Position numbers and translations under genes: made by a program. Under the pieces are notes generated by a model. That model did not search any database. It was not told where the DNA came from and worked only from the letters and a program-made list of their open reading frames with translations. A stretch of 10,738 nucleotides of DNA from Candidatus Wolframiiraptor sinensis (lineage in GTDB: Archaea; Thermoproteota; Nitrososphaeria_A; Caldarchaeales; Wolframiiraptoraceae). Location of the stretch: assembly GCA_023261815.1 (NCBI GenBank), contig JALNKA010000025.1, positions 1 through 10,738 on the forward strand, read 5' to 3'. Shown piece by piece: positions 9,051 through 10,738 of this stretch; position 1 is the stretch's first letter; each line of letters starts with the position of its first letter.

Positions 9051-9644
9051 GTGTACAATTCTGAAGAATTTCGGAAGGAAAACCTCAAGCTGATTAAGAT
9101 ATTGGGTGAGGGAATTCGGGGTTTAACTAACGCCGTATTTTCGCTCTGGAAGCAAAAATCAAAGTCAAAGTTTCAGCTGTTAAAGATAATGTATGATCAA
9201 CATTCGCTAGGTGTTGAATGGGTTAGAGCGAAGGAGCTTGAGAGACTTTATCGCCCACTAAGAACTCTGAAGAGGAGTGGAAGAAGTGATGTGGAAAGTT
9301 TCAGGAGGGGCGATCGCCCCCAGATCTACAGATCCTTAAATAAGTGCATAAATGAGAAACTTGTTGAGAAGCGAGAAAATAGGGGTAGAACTCAATACAG
9401 GCTCACAGAATTCGGGAAAATCATTATGGGATTATGCATTCTCTTAGAAGTACGCGAGAGGCTCGGAACCGAAGCCTTTGAAAGGATTTTTGAGGAATTT
9501 TTCATTATGTTTAGAGAGGAATTTGAGCGGCTTGCTAAGTTGCTATCTAGTTCTGGTGATGCCGAAACCAAGATTATCATACCACTTTCCTGCTTGATAT
9601 TATATCTGATTGTACCTCTCCTATTATCTTTACTTATGTGCTGA
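9051..9644 (+). CDS. Winged helix-turn-helix protein (PadR/MarR-like) with a C-terminal hydrophobic, probably transmembrane, helix; 197 aa
   Basis: H1 KFQLLKIMY, H2 VRAKELERLY, recognition helix DRPQIYRSLNKCINEKLV, wing EKRENRGRTQYRLTEFG. The last 23 aa (IIIPLSCLILYLIVPLLLSLLMC) are uncharged and hydrophobic. It is the only long ORF in the AT-rich block and has a promoter upstream. Confidence 0.75.
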   Translation: MYNSEEFRKENLKLIKILGEGIRGLTNAVFSLWKQKSKSKFQLLKIMYDQHSLGVEWVRAKELERLYRPLRTLKRSGRSDVESFRRGDRPQIYRSLNKCINEKLVEKRENRGRTQYRLTEFGKIIMGLCILLEVRERLGTEAFERIFEEFFIMFREEFERLAKLLSSSGDAETKIIIPLSCLILYLIVPLLLSLLMC

Positions 9645-10161
9645 TATCCATTTTCCTCGCCACAAACATGCTCTTATAACCATTCTGATGAGTAAATATA
9701 CTTACACCTTTACTCACATATGTCCATAGTCTCGTTAACCTGATTTTGATCATATGCGCGAAATTACAGCATTAACTTGCAAATCTACTAACCTTGCAAT
9801 GTATATGTAGGAACCGGTGCTGGTATCCACCGAGGTAGTAAAATGAGAGATCAAGCAGACACTTCAATAATTGAAGCATTTAGGTATTATGTCAAATGCT
9901 TCCAGCGAAAACAGATCTCAAATAATCTTGAAGACATAATGCTGTTATCATGCGATAATTCCACGAATATGTCCGCGGAAATCAAGATAAATTGCTTAAG
10001 TGCTCATGGGACCCGTAGAGGTTCCTTTCCAGGGGCATGAGCCCCGCCTGAGGAGAGCCCCTGGGAAATCCGCTTCCCCGGCGGAGCCGCCTCCCGGCGA
10101 CGGGAGGGGCCTGGGGCCTATGGGGCGGATTGATGCAGGAGCCTCCCCTGGGGGCCTCACG

Positions 10162-10176
10162 CGATAAGCTTAAATA
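10162..10176 (+). promoter_or_regulatory. Strong archaeal BRE/TATA promoter (CGATAAG-CTTAAATA), predicted TSS about 10197
   Basis: The clearest AT-rich box inside a ~73% GC tract. It matches a purine-rich BRE plus YTTAWATA, typical of archaeal stable-RNA promoters. The predicted +1 falls on the GG that opens a hairpin. Confidence 0.75.
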
Positions 10177-10177
10177 C

Positions 10178-10195
10178 AGTCTCACGCGTGAGACT
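10178..10195. repeat. Perfect 18-bp palindrome AGTCTCACGCGTGAGACT
   Basis: AGTCTCACG and CGTGAGACT are exact reverse complements with no spacer. It sits between the TATA box and the predicted TSS. Confidence 0.9.
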
Positions 10196-10196
10196 C

Positions 10197-10738
10197 GGCT
10201 CCCAGCTGCTGGGAGCCCGGGCGGGCGGCCGGCGGCCCATAGCCCCATCAAGCCCCTCCATGCCGGGGGGTGGAGGGGTCGAGGGGTAGACGTGCCGGCG
10301 CTCCAGGGCTCCTCAAAGCCCATCCCCGGGAGCCCGGGAGCGGGAGAGGAGAAGGGGTGGGTGAGCGAGCGCGATCGACGATCACGATCCTCCCTCCCCT
10401 GCTCGGGGAGTTCTTGATGATGCTCGGCCCTCGACGCGGCCGCGCCCGGGGAATGTTCCTGGAGCTCCCGGGCGGGGTGGGGGGAGGGGGGATGATTGCG
10501 CTGATGCCGGCTGGCTGCTCTCCGGCCATCCTGGAGGCCGGCTCAGGCCTTTCCGCCCGGGAAGGGTGGGAGGAGGGGGCCTGGGCCGGCTGGCTCCGGG
10601 GCGCCTTCCAGCCCGCGAGGGCCTCGGGGGCGACCGGCTGCAGGGCGCTATCCCGTCGGGCTCGAGGGGCGCCTCCCGCCCGCCGGCGCTGGCTTCCGGA
10701 TGTGGCTCGGCTCCGATGTGGGGGGGTCGATGTGGGGG
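10197..10738 (+). ncRNA. Large GC-rich structured RNA, truncated by the window end (pre-rRNA 5' external spacer or unclassified ncRNA)
   Basis: Promoter upstream, very high GC, no credible ORF. Helices: 10197-10205/10209-10217, 10253-10260/10271-10278, 10368-10376/10494-10502, 10387-10400/10480-10493, 10401-10413/10462-10473, 10537-10549/10578-10590. GCCC-GCGA-GGGC tetraloop at 10611-10622. G-U wobble pairs fix the + strand. Confidence 0.6.

Noticed and set aside
9843-10040. 65-aa + strand ORF (and the 62-aa ORF 9392-9580 on the minus strand)
   Set aside because: The first is short, has no motif and crosses the compositional boundary. The second is antisense to the wHTH gene.
9900-10068. ORB-like words (TTCCAGCGAAAAC; TTTCCAGGGG / CCCTGGGAAA)
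   Set aside because: Only weak matches to TCCAGTGGAAA, no adjacent G-string arrangement, and no orc1/cdc6 in the window. The latter pair is better explained as an RNA stem.
9982-10529. ORFs 9982-10323(-), 10130-10417(+) and 10248-10529(-)
   Set aside because: Pro/Gly/Arg/Ala-rich translations expected from stop-poor GC-rich non-coding DNA. They overlap the promoter or the RNA helices.
10021-10738. Mature 16S/23S/5S rRNA, tRNA, RNase P or SRP RNA
   Set aside because: I could not find their conserved signatures on either strand.
8040-10738. CRISPR array or IS element
   Set aside because: No regularly spaced repeats, transposase ORF or terminal inverted repeats were seen.

Overview
Archaeal window, probably a thermophilic member of the TACK group; the Aigarchaeota/Thaumarchaeota/Korarchaeota pattern is inferred from the unsplit rpo1 and rpo2 genes. 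It has three compositional blocks. (1) 29-8037, minus strand, roughly 55% GC by eye: the RNA polymerase operon rpo2(B) - rpo1(A'+A'' fused) - rpl30e - nusA, with no rpo5/rpoH in its usual place upstream of rpo2. (2) About 8040-10020: an AT-rich island (32% GC in two sampled lines) with decayed ORF fragments and one divergently transcribed winged-helix protein that ends in a hydrophobic, membrane-anchor-like tail. (3) 10021-10738: a non-coding tract of about 73% GC (hand count). It holds a clear BRE/TATA promoter, a perfect 18-bp palindrome just after the TATA box, and extensive + strand RNA structure (long G-U-containing helices, GNRA tetraloops) that runs off the window end. Block 3 is either an unusually long pre-rRNA leader or an unrecognised large structured ncRNA, and is the best candidate for something new.
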